Shown one piece after another: positions 12,896-27,108 of a DNA stretch of 64,000 nucleotides. The position numbers and the translations under genes were made by a program. The notes under the pieces were generated by a model, which was not told the origin of the DNA, ran no database searches, and saw only the letters and a list, made by a program, of their open reading frames with translations. Numbering within the stretch: the stretch's first letter is position 1; every line of letters begins with the position of its first letter. Origin of the DNA: Paecilomyces variotii (Eukaryota); NCBI GenBank assembly GCA_004022145.1, contig RCNU01000011.1; one strand, written 5' to 3'.

Positions 12896-13419
12896 ACTGA
12901 AGAACAAAATGTAATGTCCCATCGACCAGCGGATACCAAGTAAGAATGGAGAGGTAGGAATTGAATGGGTATCTAGAAGGATTGAGAATTCTCTGGAGTG
13001 CTACATGCAGAATATTAACGGAGGACATAGCAACATGGCTTTATATACCCCTCATGATGGATACAGCGATTCAACATCGCCTCACAGATGTCAAATGATG
13101 GATTGTTGCAGTTAAGGTGATTATGGAAACAGAAATTTCCTCATTAGGAAAGGCACCGTTTCCCAGAGCAGCGCAGAATATGATTGGTCTAGGTGTCGTA
13201 TAAACGGTCTGTGCATTCGCAGAATTCAAACCAAAAAGGGAATCAGAGTTTCAGACGAAAAAGGAGGAGAATCTTGATACAGAACTATCGGGAAACAGCT
13301 GTTGAGCTTTTAAACGCCGAGCGAAAGAGGCCCCTTGTCCTTATACCCCTGTTCCTATTGGGTTCTTGAAAGTGCCAGGTACTGCAACATATTGAATTCA
13401 TGCCTGCTTTATCTGACCT

Positions 13420-14714
13420 TCATTGGATGCGACCAAGTCCAAACGAACGGAGTGTGTCTTCAAATATGGTCTCGTCGATCACGGCACCGAATCTGGATGG
13501 TGTTAGCAATGCTGAATACGTGCGTATCATGAACTCTACCAGAGTGGGACGCTCACCCGTAACATTTGACGTATCGCGACAACTCTCTCGTCAGATTGCC
13601 CAGCACCTTAGAATCTATAGTCCGGAAAGCGGAAAGATGCCGTATGTGATTCCAAGCCTTGATTGGAGTGACTTCTCCCTCAAGCGGGATACTTTCCGAA
13701 AGTTGGAGTAGTCTATCTAGCATTTCATGGGGTGCTTCCCATGCATTACCTGAGGGCAGACCTGGGCCACGCGGACCTGGAGCCTGGAAAAGGAGCGAAG
13801 CAGTGGCGGTTAGGGCGTGACCTGTGGGAGCTTCCGGCTCCTCGGGACTTCCTTGAGCGTGGGCAAGACATGGGTCTTCCAGCCTAGAGGATAGTGAGAA
13901 TTCTGGATGTCAGTACTTTGGTGACACAAGAGCTTACGTGAGAATGAAGTCCATCCCAACTTCGGTAGGATCCAAGTCTCCTTTCGGGTGTGGGTTATCT
14001 TTGGGAGGAGGTGGCGGAGGATGAGAATGGTCTGGAAGTTTTTCAGGACCAAAGTGTGAGTGTCCTTCGTTACTCGACGACGCATGTCCTTTAGTTACGC
14101 GGATATGTGGTGTCCCGTTCTGAGGCTGGTCGAGAATGATCATAGCGTGAGAGGATGAACTGTTGAAGTCATTATCGACGGAAGTCGTCAAGTCTTCAGC
14201 GATATTCGATTCATGTGGGATTCTGTTCTCCGCGAGAATGCGCTGCAATCTGATAACCTCGGCCTTGAGAGAATTGGTCTTTTGGAGCAGCTCGGCCTCG
14301 TTCGTCCGTAGCTGGAGGACTTCCTTTTCCAGCGATTTTACGTAGGCGTCTTTACGCTCACGGTGTGTGCTTAAGGATCATAAGCACAAGGCTCTCCTGC
14401 AAGGAAATAAAATCGTGCATGAGAGATGTGCCTACTGTTGAGCTTTCCGCACCTGCTCTCGCCGTTTCAATGCTTTCTTGTTCCGGTCTTCCTCGTCGTC
14501 CCCTGCAATGATCTAAGATCAATATATGTGTACCAAAAGTCTCAATTGAAGATGAAAATTCTAGAAAAGGAGAAACATGATCTCAAGAAATATAAATGTA
14601 TATATCCGAAGATCTCGACATATAACTAAAAGTTTGTCAGTGCTGTGTATACGGGAGATAGACACACCGACCTTTCGACGGGAACCGAAATTGTCGGAAT
14701 TGGAATCTCTTCAT
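13420..14714 (-). CDS. bZIP transcription factor (Yap/MeaB/FlbB-like C-terminal domain)
   Basis: Spliced model MKRFQFRQFRFPSK|GDDEEDRNKKALKRREQVRKAQH|THRERKDAYVKSLEKEVLQLRTNEAELL... (basic region plus zipper). Later exons GMDFILT|LEDPC, GEVTPIQAW and VKCYG|FGAVI; stop at 13420. Confidence 0.85.
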
Positions 14715-15438
14715 TGTGTCGAAGGATATCTCACTGGCGGATTTAAAAAGCTATCGTAACTGGTGATAATCAAGAACAGTAAGGATGTCAATTAGGTATT
14801 CGAAGAAGGGTAGACACGGCCTCGGCGATTCTGATGGTTAGTGCTGACCGGCCCAAGTATCCCGCTCCAGCTAGCCTCCTGTACTTGTCTAGCACCTAGG
14901 CAGCCTGAAGACACAGACCCTACATTGCGCTAGCTTATTACTGCTGCTGAGGTTTGATACGCGTACAGTCCGTTCCCCTAAAGTCGTATATAGGCCTGTA
15001 AAGGCGGTACTTGACATGTCCAATCTGCCTCCATTAACTAAGTAAGGTTGTGGACCGTTAACATGATAATGACAATTCCTGATCAATGTTTTAATAAGGA
15101 ACGAGAGTGTGTACCAAGTAACTAACTTGACAATAATGATGATCTCCAACTTCGAATGTTCGGTATCAAATGACGTCCGTAGAACGTTAGATCACCTCAT
15201 GGTAGACGCGCAAACAGCGCAAACACTAACTAAGTAAAGTACGCGTCTCCTCATCCGTCGGCGGGGGAAAGAACCCCGCGCCTCCGATGGACGGCCATTT
15301 AATTGATTTTCCATCATATGTCATCTAGCAGTATCTGAGGACTTATTGCTCGGGACAAGGTCGTCGCATCTTTCAATCGTGTCGCAAAGTCTAGATTGCC
15401 GACTTTTTCAGCGCTGAATCGCTCGTATATCGCCCCTC

Positions 15439-17160
15439 ATGAGTCAAGATGCCACTCCGGAGGGGATCTTTTCCCTTCTGGATACAGATCTGTATAAATT
15501 GACGATGCAGTGTGCGGTTCTGAAGTATTTCCCTGATACCCGTAAGTATTAGAAGCTATGGATCGATCGCCGAACGAATTTCATGCTAATCCGTCCTTTG
15601 GACCAGCTGCGACATATGGATACACGAATCGAACCCCGCAGTTGAAGCTCACGCGAGCAGCGTACAAATGGTTGCTGGAGCAGGTTAATAGTAAGTCCTC
15701 TCCATGTATCATGATACAACATATGCGGCATCGCTAACACGTGGCTGATATCTCCTAGAGCTCGGTAATATCCGACTTACGCCTGAGGAACTCCAGTTCC
15801 TGAAGGACCGCTGTCCTTATCTCAACGACGCATATCTCCGATACCTAACGCAGTTCCGATTCAAACCTAAAGAACAAATTGACATAAAGTTCAATCCTGT
15901 TGAAGACACAGGAAATGACAGCGATCCAGGAGACATCGAGTATGAGATCAAGGGCCTGTGGGTGGAGACGATATTGTACGAGATTCCGATGTTGGCCCTG
16001 ACCAGTGAGGCATATTTCCGATTCTGCGACACGGATTGGGACTACGATAATCAGGAGGAGAGAGCATATCGCAAGGGGTGCGCACTGCTGGAGAATAATT
16101 GTGTCTTCTCTGAATTCGGGTCGCGGCGCAGAAGGGATTACCACACGCAGGACCTGGTAATGTCTGGTTTATGCAGAGCAGCGGAACATGGTAAGCAGGC
16201 TGGATGGAAAGGCGTGTTTTCGGGCAGCAGCAACGTTCACTTTGCGATGAAGTATGGTGTGAACCCAGTGGGTACTGTAGCTCACGAGTGGTACATGGCC
16301 ATTGCGGCCATCACCAATGACTATGAGAATGCGAATGAGCTTGGCTTAAGATACTGGCTCGGATGCTTTGGCGAAGGCGTACGTCACATGATCACTCTCA
16401 ATTGCAGATGGATTGATACTGACGACTTCTAGGTCCTTGGAATCGCTTTGACCGACACATTCGGTACCCCCGCCTTCCTGGATGCTTTCCGCAGACCTGT
16501 CCCTGACTACACCATCGCGGGAGTGGGCGCGGTCACCACAAGGCCTGCAGGTGCTTCTACAACCCAGGGGAGCGATCCCCAGAGTCTGGCCGAGACCAAG
16601 CCTCCAGTTGCTGCGCCCCTCCAGGATGGTCAACACAAGCCAGCACAGCGGACATACGCCCAAGTCTACAGCGGGGTGCGCCAGGACTCCGGTGATCCCA
16701 CGTATTTCGTGAAGATGGTGCGCGACTTTTATGATAAGGAGAACATCAAGGAGCCGAAGACGATCGTCTTTTCCGATTCGCTCAATGTCGAGCACTGTCT
16801 CGAGTACAAGGTTATCGCAGAGGAAGCTGGCTTCAAACCCGTCTTTGGTGTCGGCACTTTCCTGACCAGTATGTCCCCCCTGGCTCTCAGGATCTCATCC
16901 ACCTGGCTGTACGGAAGGAAGCTTCAAGCTAACATTCAATCCCAGATGACTTCACTCGCAAATCTGACGGCAAGAAATCCAAGCCGTTAAACATTGTCAT
17001 AAAGATCGCCGCTGCCGGTGGACGCAGGGCCGTCAAGCTCAGTGACAACATGGGCAAGAATACCGGTGACAAGGAGATCGTGCAAGACGTTAAACGTCGC
17101 TTGGGCTACATCGAACACCACTGGGAGCAAGGCGACGAGAGCGCCCGGTGGAAGTTCTGA
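15439..17160 (+). CDS. NPT1: Nicotinate phosphoribosyltransferase
   Basis: SLLDTDLYKLTMQ, SEFGSRRRR, GTVAHEW, LTDTFGT, GVRQDSGDP, FSDSL and KPLNIVIK...AVKLSDNMGKNTG motifs over five exons. Confidence 0.96.
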
Positions 17161-17759
17161 TCGGCCTCAAAAGAAGAACAAGAACTTCTCTTTACTATGC
17201 AGTGCTTATGAAAGATATCACGGAAGGACTAGAACCGCAAGATGAGACTTGGCGTCATCGTCAATCGCTTTTAACATCATAGATGTATATGCGCGTCCCA
17301 TACATACTCGCTAGATACTAAGCAGCTCGGGCTTACACCTCCATTCCTTTTAGCAAGACCTCGATAGCCGGTTTGGATAGAACTAGAAATCATCATTAAT
17401 TCATATTCATATCTCTCGTCGCTAATAATAATCACATATGAAGATCGTCGGGATATATCATCGTCGCAAAAGATACAGTATCCAGAATAGCATAACACTG
17501 GTCCACTGACCGGAATCGCTTAAACCAGATTGAATAACGAGCCCATCACTCGTTGCTTTCAGAAGGTTTCCTTCTACCGTGTTCCCACAATTAGTAGCTT
17601 GGTTCCATGGTATGATTGCTCAGGAATAGCCTGGAACATGTTTCACACAAAATAGCACTCAAAAGAGCTAGTTTGGTCTGGATATTATTCCGAAATAAAA
17701 TGAGTAGATACTCTCGAGTAAAGCCCAGCGTATATCGAATTTTAGTAGCGCAAATGAGA

Positions 17760-20157
17760 TCACACAAAGCCAAGATCCCGATCCAGATCGCCTGTGATTT
17801 CGTTCCCCTGGGATATTTTCCGGGCCGTGGCATCGTAAGTGGTGGTTGTAGCGGTGATATCGGTGTTGGTGGGTTCGTACCCAATATCTGTTTCCTGTGT
17901 GAAGTCGTCTTCGTGCGTGTCGTCGTCGTTGACATTCGTCCATGCTTTTAGGACGTCTTCGGTCCAGTTGATATCCAGCGGCATGTCTGTTGGGGAGGTG
18001 GTGAAGTCAGGGAGGAAAGGCTGGAATGGTTCAACTGGGTTTCTGTCCGGAGGGGGCATTGTCGTACTAGTAAGACTTCCTGGAGCTATCGTGGTAGGAT
18101 GTATTGTGGTTCTGTGTGCTGCTGGATAATCTGCTTGGACGGTACTCGGCTGGGTGCGCGGAGATATGCCGTCACGGGGGCTTCCTGGATCATTGTTGCT
18201 GATGGTTCTGGCACGCATAGTTGGGGTTGGCTGGTCAGGGATCTCTTCAACACCATTGTCGCTCTCGGGCGAAGGTGAGTCTCCGCTACATGCGAGAAGC
18301 TCAGACAAGATTGTTGATGCAGTCTGACGGTCTAGACCGGTGTTGTTATTGCCATTGTTGCACGAGATGCGGATCGATGCTTCCAATCTCATGCGTTGCA
18401 CTTTCACGGCTGTTTCGATCCGGGTGACTTCCATATCTGCGGCCGGATAAATTTCCTTCAGCCTGTGGAGGGCCTCGATGCACCTGCTAAAGTTATATGC
18501 GCTTGTTTGACGTACTGAAGGGTTCGGGGAAGTCAAGTTTACGAGATGAGCAAGGGCCGCTGGTAACAGAACAGTAACTACCGACTGAGGGAGAAACCTG
18601 ACCAAGTTCAACTGGCTGAGTCCCTGTACGATCTGTGTGATACTCGTGGCGGCGTCTTCCAACTTTGTGCGCGCGACGTTGGGTCCTTTGACATTCCTGG
18701 ATCGATCCTTTGCCGAAAATATTAGAGCCTGTGGACGATGGAGCGTGCTCGATGTCATATGATATATCATTCGCAGCATGGCACTATGGAGAAGGAGTAC
18801 ATTTTCTCCTTCTCGGATGTGGTTCTTCGAAGGAGGGATGAATTGTGCGTCTCGTGGGAGTCCATGGAGCCATCGATCCAGCTGCTGGCTGCAGCGGTTG
18901 AGCTCAGCTTCTGATACTTGTCGTGGCACAAGCGTGATCGTGGTCTTGGTTGTGGCTCCAAATTGATGATTCGACGGCGTGTACTGTGCAAAGAGGATTC
19001 TACCCAAACACTGGCACAACTTGACGTTTTCGATAAACATGACCGCAAGGCGCTTCTGATGTGAAACATTCTCGAGTTGCGGGCATCCCAGGACCTCGAT
19101 GACAGACGGGTGAAACGGCTCGATGTCACAGTCATTCAAAGTGATCATGGGGACATCGCATGTGCCTTCGTTGATCTGAGTCGGTCGCCGCAAAGCCATC
19201 GCAATCAAGCGATCGCGCGAATATAAGCTCCACCAGAGTCGTATGCGCAGCCGCTGTAGTTGAGGGTCCATGTCTGATTGCGTCGGGTCTTTGTGCAGAC
19301 CGATCGATAGAGCTTGGGTGTTGCATACACCGATCCAATGCCAAATATCTTTCTGCGGGCTGCTCTCATAGTCGGCCCAATATGTCATCAGCAGCAGTGT
19401 CTGGAGCACTGCAATGCGGTCATCTTCGTAATCAAAAGCATACAGATGCTATCCAGTCGTTAGTATGGATAACACAAAGATGATATGGCGTACTCACCCT
19501 GACACGGGCGAAGAATTCTTTCCGCGCACTCTGTCTCGTTTCGAATCCAGCTTCTTGTAGATATTTGATATCGACAAAAGCCGTGCCCGCAAACATGACT
19601 GCTTGGAAAACTAGAAGGCTGATATTGCCATCAGGGTCGTTCTCCACGACGCAGCGTAGGAATTCATGTAGATCGATTGTTGGCATGAAATTATAAACCC
19701 ATCGCACATAGTTCCGGAGAAGCTCAATCCGCAGCTCCTCGTCCGGTATCGTCAGCGCTCCTCTCTCCCTCAAGAACTCGATGTCTTCCCGAGATATCCG
19801 GGACGGTAATGGCTTCAAAAAGCGCGGCTCGTCATCTTTTGTCAATACGGATGGATCGAAATCAGGATCGATCAGATGCTGCACCGCTTCAACCATATTT
19901 TCGAGCGGCATTGAGTACGCGACATCCTTGGTCCCTATTGACCTCCATGGTCGTTCCCGCTCTTCAGTCCATTGCGCGAGTAACGGCTTCAAGTGGCCAG
20001 AGCCTTTTCTGGACGACAGTGGGCTATCTTCCTCCGACATGTCGAAACGTGGATTCCGATCGTTCGTAGAGGTGGCGTTCGACGCATGTCGCTTGGGTCG
20101 AAGTTCATACCCAAAGAACACGTCTCCGGCACTGTCGATCTTGCGTTTCAGGACCAT
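17760..20157 (-). CDS. CTF1beta/FarB-like fungal-specific transcription factor domain protein, apparently lacking the Zn2Cys6 cluster
   Basis: KPLPSRISREDIEFLRERGALTIP, SLLVFQAVMFAG, LQTLLLMTYW and LWWSLYSRDRLIAMALRRP motifs; intron 19497-19449. No CxxC cluster at the N-terminus. Confidence 0.8.
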
Positions 20158-20934
20158 GACGGCGTCAGCATCTGTTCAGATTTTCTTCTCGAAATGCTGA
20201 TGGTTCGTCTGTCTGAATGGAATTCAACAACGGACCATGGGAAACAATTTTAGCATTCAAAGAGATGAGTTCAGTAGAGGCCCAACAAAACATACGGGCA
20301 TAGACTACACATACTAAGGAGAGTGCCAAGGGGCGGGCCCTGGGGTTTGCGGGAGCCCCAGCTTTACCGCTCTGGCGGCGGGGAAGCAAGCATCATATTC
20401 CTTGTAGAAGTGTTGAAATAATTGGCTGGACTTTTCTCAGTTGTAACGGTTTTGTCTAGAAATGAGCGCCCAGCAAGCCGGTGGAATGTCCGGTGGAAGC
20501 GCCCGTGGGATCAACCCGGGGTTGAGCGTTTAGCCATGCCACCGGATGTCGGTTAACCCCAGACTGGTGTGTATAACATCGAGAATGTCTTTGGGTTTCT
20601 TTTCTTGCAAAAAGAGAAAGAGAGAAGAGGAGAAGATGTAATTCCACTGCTTTGATCATTTATCGATTTTCAGGTCTTTGTAGTGATATAATGTTCTGCT
20701 TACCGGGTTGATTGGTAATAATCATCTGCACAAGCTGTCACCCACGTTAGTTATATAATTTAGAATTGAATCTCCACTGCGAGACAATAATCCATTAACA
20801 TTGCGGTTCCAATATCGAATATAAACCCTAGATACCTATAAGAAGATTCTACGTATTCAACACCAACACAGGACACAGATCTCACAAGAATCCCACCCAC
20901 CAATTTCCCTAGATCACGCAGGCGTGTCTTTACA

Positions 20935-22001
20935 ATGACCACACGTCCACCACACACTCTCAACCCCGATACAATCGAAGCCCTTGTATTCGACCTCATG
21001 GGAACATGCTGTGATTGGAAATCCGGAATCCTGTCCACTTTAGCACGAACCCCCAGCCTGCAAGCCCTTTCAGATAACGACCGGTCTCGACTCGCGGATG
21101 ACTGGAGAAGTGGATTTTTCAATGAGATCCACGCTCAGTTCGAAGCCGGGGCCCCGCCGGAAGACATTGATGTTACGCATCGACGCGTCCTGGATAGGAT
21201 TCTGGCACAGAGAAGATTGGATGCTATGACAGAGGATGAGAGGAGGGCTTTGGTGGGGAGGTGGCATGAACAGTTAGGTTCGAACGCCAGGTTCTCTTGT
21301 TGATGAGTGCTTTGTGTTATGTATGTACTAACAGGGAGTAGCTTGGCCGGATACGATCAATGCTATCGAGAGATTGAAAGAGAAGTTTAAGGTGTTAGTA
21401 ATACCACAACTGAAAGATAATGATAGGAACTAACTATCGAATACTTACGCTAACTGTCTACATTTCACAACCTCAGTGTCGTTCTCGCCAACGGGACCAC
21501 TCGTCTGCAACTCGATATTGTCAAGTCATCCGGGATTCCTTTTCATACGCTATTCTCGTCCCAATTACTTCAGCTTACAAAGGTCAGATAACTAACTTAG
21601 ACCGCATATCCCGTCTACTCATTTATCGATCATGCGTTAACATCAGACGGAACTTCCGCACCAAAACAGCCCGACCCTGCCATCTACTACAAAGCTTTTG
21701 AATTATTACAGATACCGCCCGAAAAAAGCATTATGGTCGCAGCACATGCGTATGACCTTCGGGCTGCGAAGAAAGTGTGCGTATGCGTATTATGAGAATC
21801 GCCTCGAAATATCTTCTCCTTCTCCATTTGTTACTGATTCGTCTCTGTTCTTCTAGGGGAATGAAGACGGTGTATATCCGACGAGATACGGAAGATGTAG
21901 ACGAGGACATGGATCGAATCAGAAAAGAAGTAGATGTATTTTTAGAAGGATCTGCCCATGATCGAGGTCCGATGGAGAAGTTGGCGGATCTGTTGCTGTG
22001 A
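20935..22001 (+). CDS. HAD-superfamily hydrolase (haloacid dehalogenase type II-like)
   Basis: ALVFDLMGTCCDW (motif I), LANGTTRLQLD, KPDPAIY and MVAAHAYDLRAAKK|GMKTVYI; several GT-AG introns. Confidence 0.9.
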
Positions 22002-24505
22002 GGGCATGGTGTTGGGTTTAGTGCTAGAGTATCTTTTATAATAATGATGCCTGGAGTTATACTTGTATATGGTTCTTAGTGCAACTTGAAGAGGCTGTCA
22101 TTAGTCAGTATGTACTCTTCCTCGTCGTCTATTCTCAAAAAGGCCGTCTTGATAAGTTCCTCGGCTATCTACTGCGGAGACATACAAGAAATACTTGCTA
22201 CAGGCTTTGCTTAAGGGTCCGACTTCATATACGTATTCACCCTAGTTATATCCGCTGTCATGAAACAGTATTGGTCATGCCTAGAGAGGGCTGCTGTCAC
22301 GATGTATTTTGATAAAATAAAAAATATTCACATTGAGATTTGGTACACCATAAGCGACACCACACTTGAACTTCGGTTATTGGCAAACTAGGTGGCACAA
22401 GCAATTACAGTAACCTAGGCTCCTATATTCGAAACCGCTGGGAGCAACCATCAGGATCCATGGCAGATACTCGAAAGCTGGCGCGCCATTGGATGATATA
22501 CCGGATCCTCAGGACTACCGGAATCGTCTAGTTGGGCGTAAGACATCCTTGGATATAATTACAGTACAGTGTTCACGGATCTCAAGACCCACCAGACCAC
22601 ACACATTGTTAATAATGCTGAGCTAGACTGCGATCTCGGACGATTCTGCGCAGCCTCAAAGCAGCATCCGCGTCCTAGAATGGAATGTTGGGCAAAGTTT
22701 GAGCTCGTTTGGGTTCTGAGTGGCGATCAGATCTACTCTAAAAGCTGAACCTGGGGCAGTGTCGTCTAGCGAGGCACACCCGTATGATCAGCAAAAAGAA
22801 GCCAGCGGGGAAGAACGAGCTTCTGGAAAAGTTGAGGCCTAGAATCAGCGTGAACCATTAACCGCTGCCCGTTCTCGACACTATCCGAAGGGGTCCGATC
22901 TGACCAAGCAGACGTCAATCCCGAACCTTAACTAAATAAGATGGGATTGCTTGTTGCTTGGATCCCAGTTGCCAATCAACCGTCGTCGGTGACAGAGGCA
23001 GTGCACGTAGCGAGTGGCGCGCTGTGCAGAATTGCTCTTCACATCCCGCCAGCGTGCCACTGGCGCTTGTTTTAACCGTGTTTTTCGCTGGAGGGCGTCA
23101 TCCCTACGCACTTTTTGTGGCGCAAGAAAATGGGAAAATAGATACCTGCAGGTCCCACGGTGGGTTCTGTATAAGAGCAATTGAGCCGTTAAAGACGCCT
23201 AAAAAACAGAAAATGGGCGAGTTTTGCGACGGCGCGTCTGCACGAGACTGAGTAGTGGAGGAGAGCGTCGGCTAGGCATGGTGGCCCCCGCGGATCAGGA
23301 ATGAGACAACAGACAAGAATAGAAATTATCATCAGCCTCGTGGATCGAATCTGAATATTATTATTGTATTGTCACCAGATCTGCGAGATCCAGGTGCTCT
23401 TGACCGTCGTAGAAGCATTGAGTAGAGTGTAGCTGTCAAGATTGCAACAACGGAGAATGGCGGGGTGAGCGGTTACTAGACGAACAACAACAAGAAGTAT
23501 CTAGTCTGGATGTGCAACGGCGGCGAGAGATCCAAGATCAAGTACTTAATCAGCGACCGGAAAAGGATCATCGCGTCTCATTCGAAAAACTCTGGTAGCA
23601 GTAAATTAATTAATCACCCTCAGCAATAATATTAATGGTGATCTGCTCGGAAGTCCGGACGGGGATCGGGAATGAACCAGCGAAAAAGCGCTGCCTGCGC
23701 CTCCGCGACCGTCAGCACGACAGCTGCTTCTTCTGCTTGCCGGCCGCTTCCTGACTGACTCGAGAGAGAATCTCCATCATCCGACCATCTCTCTCCTCGA
23801 TCCTCTCCGTCAGTTTATCTATCTAGGTATCTATCGCAGAAACCAACGGGTTGTGCAACTCGTGTTCGTTTCTCCCTGCCCTCCAGTCCATTCCCCTTCT
23901 CGCAGTCTAAGAAGAAAGGGGCTCGACGATCATCGACCGGTGCGCCCTCGTCCCGCGTTGTCTCGTCCCTCAGGCCAGCAACCCGCCTCCTCTTGACCCC
24001 CGAAGGCCACATCGCAGCGACACTCTGCGATCCCAGACCTCTGACCTTTCTCAGACTCTTTGCGTGTCTCGTTGGCCTTAGCTTAGCGCGGCCTGTGTCA
24101 GCTCCTGTCGCGCCCATCTCTCCTCGACTACGGAGGATTGGCTATCCTAGTCCGCCACTACTCGCATCGGCCCTCGCCCGCTCCTCGTCCCATATTATTT
24201 TACCTCCTCCCCTTCAATCTCACTCTGGAGATACGATACCACCAGAAACATCCCGCCAAGGCCGTTCAACCTTAATATTTTGCTCTCCTTTAATTCTTCT
24301 CCCCATTCCAGTCCACACTCTCTTGCATCTTTCAATCAGGCGATTAGCGAAGCAGGGCTTTCCGCGACTCGCCTCTTAAACGGTCGTATCGCCTCCTTAG
24401 CTGGTTCCTCTCAACCAGCGCTCTTCTCACCACTCCTTTTTTCACGATATTTAAGACCTTTATAATCTCGTTGACGGCATAAAGGCGACAAAAAAAAATC
24501 TCAAG

Positions 24506-25689
24506 ATGAGTGTAAGTGACCAGATTCGGGGTGGACGTTCGATGATGATACCTCAAATAAGGGGTTACCTTCCCCCGACTTGGTTGCGATTACAGCAGCT
24601 AACTCGACATGCCAATTGCTACAGTACCAGGGATACGAAAATAATCAAGGGGGAGGCTATGGCTCGTATAACCCATACGGTGGTGCAAATACCGGCTACA
24701 CGGATATCGAGGCGCAGAACGGTGGTTATGGTAAGACGACAAACCTGAGTTTATTCACAGAGCATGTTTCCCTAACAGCCGGCCTGTGCAGAGATGTCGG
24801 AAGTGAACCAGAACAATGGCTACGGACAGCAACAGGCTGCTGGCGCTAGCGGACCGACTGCTATCCTGAACAAGTGTAAGGAGATCAACAACGGCATCCA
24901 GGAGCTCAGAGCCAAGAGAGAGTCACAACTTGCTGCTGCGCAGAACGCTTTGCTGGACTCGAGCACCGGCAAGGAGGACCAGGCCACGCGTCAGACGCTC
25001 GACTACATCGAGGATGAGATCAACCGCACATTCCGCTATTTGCGCGATCTTCTGCAGAAGGTGAAGAACACGCCCGGATCCGGAGACGCGCGCGTTCAGA
25101 CCCAGATCGATGTCACCAGCAAGAACCTGCAGAGGGAGATTCAGCAGTACCAGAAGACGCAGTCCGACTTCCAGAAGCGACTGAGGGAGCAAGTGCGCCG
25201 ACGATACGAGATCGCGAACCCCGAGGCCAGCCCGGAGCAGATCGAGCAGGGTGTTGAGAATGTCTTGTTGGGTCAAGAGCAGGCCTTCCAGGTCACCGGT
25301 AGCCGAACGCGACAGGCCAACGACGCCCGAGCAGCCGTCCTGGAACGTTCGGGTGCTATCAGAAAGATCGAGAGAGACATGATCGAACTGAGCCGGTTAT
25401 ACCAAGAGGTGGCAGAATTGGTTCAGCAGCAGGAGCCTGCAGTTGAGCAGATCAACCAGGGTGCTGAGGATGTGGTGCAGAACGTCGACAATGCGACCAA
25501 GCACATTGACAACGCTATCATCAGCGCACGAAACGCCCGCCGGTGGAAGTGGTATGCTCTGATCATTATCTGTGAGTTACCCCGCTTCTCTTCGATAAAA
25601 GTACTTTACATTGACATATTCCAGTGATCATCATCGGTATTGTTGTCGGTGTCGCTGTCGGTGTTACGGAGTCCAACAGAGGCAAATAA
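24506..25689 (+). CDS. Syntaxin (Sso-type t-SNARE)
   Basis: 6-nt first coding exon ATGAGT (24506-24511), then exons 24625-24730, 24792-25571 and 25625-25689. Habc region, SNARE motif IRKIERDMIELSRLYQEVAELVQQQEPAVEQI, ARNARRWKW and C-terminal TM. Confidence 0.92.
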
Positions 25690-26473
25690 ATTTTCTTGTC
25701 TTGTCTCCCGATGACTATCAGCGGGATCATGGCGGCTGGGCCAGGAATTGGGTATATGCCGTTCTTCTACGGCGTAGTAGCAATCCAGATATCAGACTGG
25801 TGCTATTTTCCTGTCGCGACCCCGTGTTACTTGCCTCAAATTTCATTGAGGCCCTGCTAAACTGATTGTTCTGTCTTAACATCGAGCCGCTCGAACCCTG
25901 GCTAGATGACTCCTTTTTTAGTTCGAATAAGTTTGATTACCCACACCCGCTCGCTCTTACGTCTCATTTCTGTCCTCTATGTGTTAACTCACATCTCGCC
26001 GCATCTCTTGTTCTGGACCATCTAATCAAAAAGTCCGACTCTGTATCCTTCACCCTGTGTGCTCTAGTGTTCGTCTCCCTCGTCGAGTTCTTTTTTTTGT
26101 CTTTTCTCTGTTTCTTTCTTACTTTCTGGCCATGTGTGAGTCGTGTACAGATTTCCCGTGTTGTGTCCGGGATCATACACGACCTGATGATTGTCCGTGT
26201 TCAATGGCAAGGATACGCCTAATGCTATTGTACATATTAGAGTTTCATTTCCTCCTTTGCTCCTTCTTGGCGCTAGACACTTTTTATAATAATTATTATT
26301 CCCTAGCTTAACGTGTGTCTTGGTCATTTGGATGAAGTGAGATCCAGTCCCACCCATTCCCACGTAGTGACCTGATGTAGAATGTCTAGTAGGATCCGTC
26401 CGGACCAGCAGCATACATCAACAATCGTGTCCCTATATGCTTATATTTCGTTCCTCCCAACGCTGTATACACC

Positions 26474-27108
26474 CTATTGTGTCTGCTCCTGCTGCCGCGC
26501 CGCAATCCGCTCTTCTTCTTCCGGCGTCCGAGTCGTCAGCTGCAAAGCATGAATACCCCCTTCTCGCGCCATCTCCTCCTTCAATAGCGCATAGACCATT
26601 CGATGCCGCGCGGGTTGTGGCTTGGACGCGAATTCGGGAGATGTTATCGTTACGCTGGAACGTCGAAAATGTTAGATGACTTATTTTGTCTAATTCGGAG
26701 AGAGATATAAAGGACAGCAAGATAGGAAGGAGGTATGACGGACTGAAAATGCGTCTCTTTCGACGTAACACCCCTCATAGCACTATGATGTGAATGTAAA
26801 TGCGAATCGTTCCGAATGAGTAGTTTCGTAGGTGAGAATGCGTTCGTGAGCTGTGTTGTATTACGACAGTAGGTAGTTAGTTAGCAATTTCTCTTCCGGT
26901 CATAAATAATTTTCGTCTCTATTCCCTAGGTAGGTAGGTAGGAAGGAATATTAAGCTACTATAGGGAAGTGGAACTGGTATATCTTACCTTTTCACGAAT
27001 CGTATCCTCGATCGGCGTCATGGATGTCATTCTGCCTGCGGAGATGGAGAAGGAACGCAGCGATAATGAGGCACTGGTTGAGAGACGGGCGTGGGCGCGG
27101 GCGAGCAT
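26474..27108 (-). CDS. BolA family protein (mitochondrial BOL1-like)
   Basis: Three exons: MLARAHARLSTSASLSLRSFS...TPIEDTIREK | LTNAFSPTKLLIRNDSHLHSHHSAMRGVTSKETHF | HVTITSPEFASKPQPARHRMVYALLKEEMAREGGIHALQLTTRTPEE. Confidence 0.92.

Noticed and set aside
15439-17160. NPT1 (NAD salvage) as part of a system with the Tse2-like ART genes
   Set aside because: Core housekeeping gene 35 kb away; proximity is likely coincidental.
22050-24500. ORFs in the long region upstream of the syntaxin
   Set aside because: Pyrimidine-rich promoter/5'UTR character with no domain signal.
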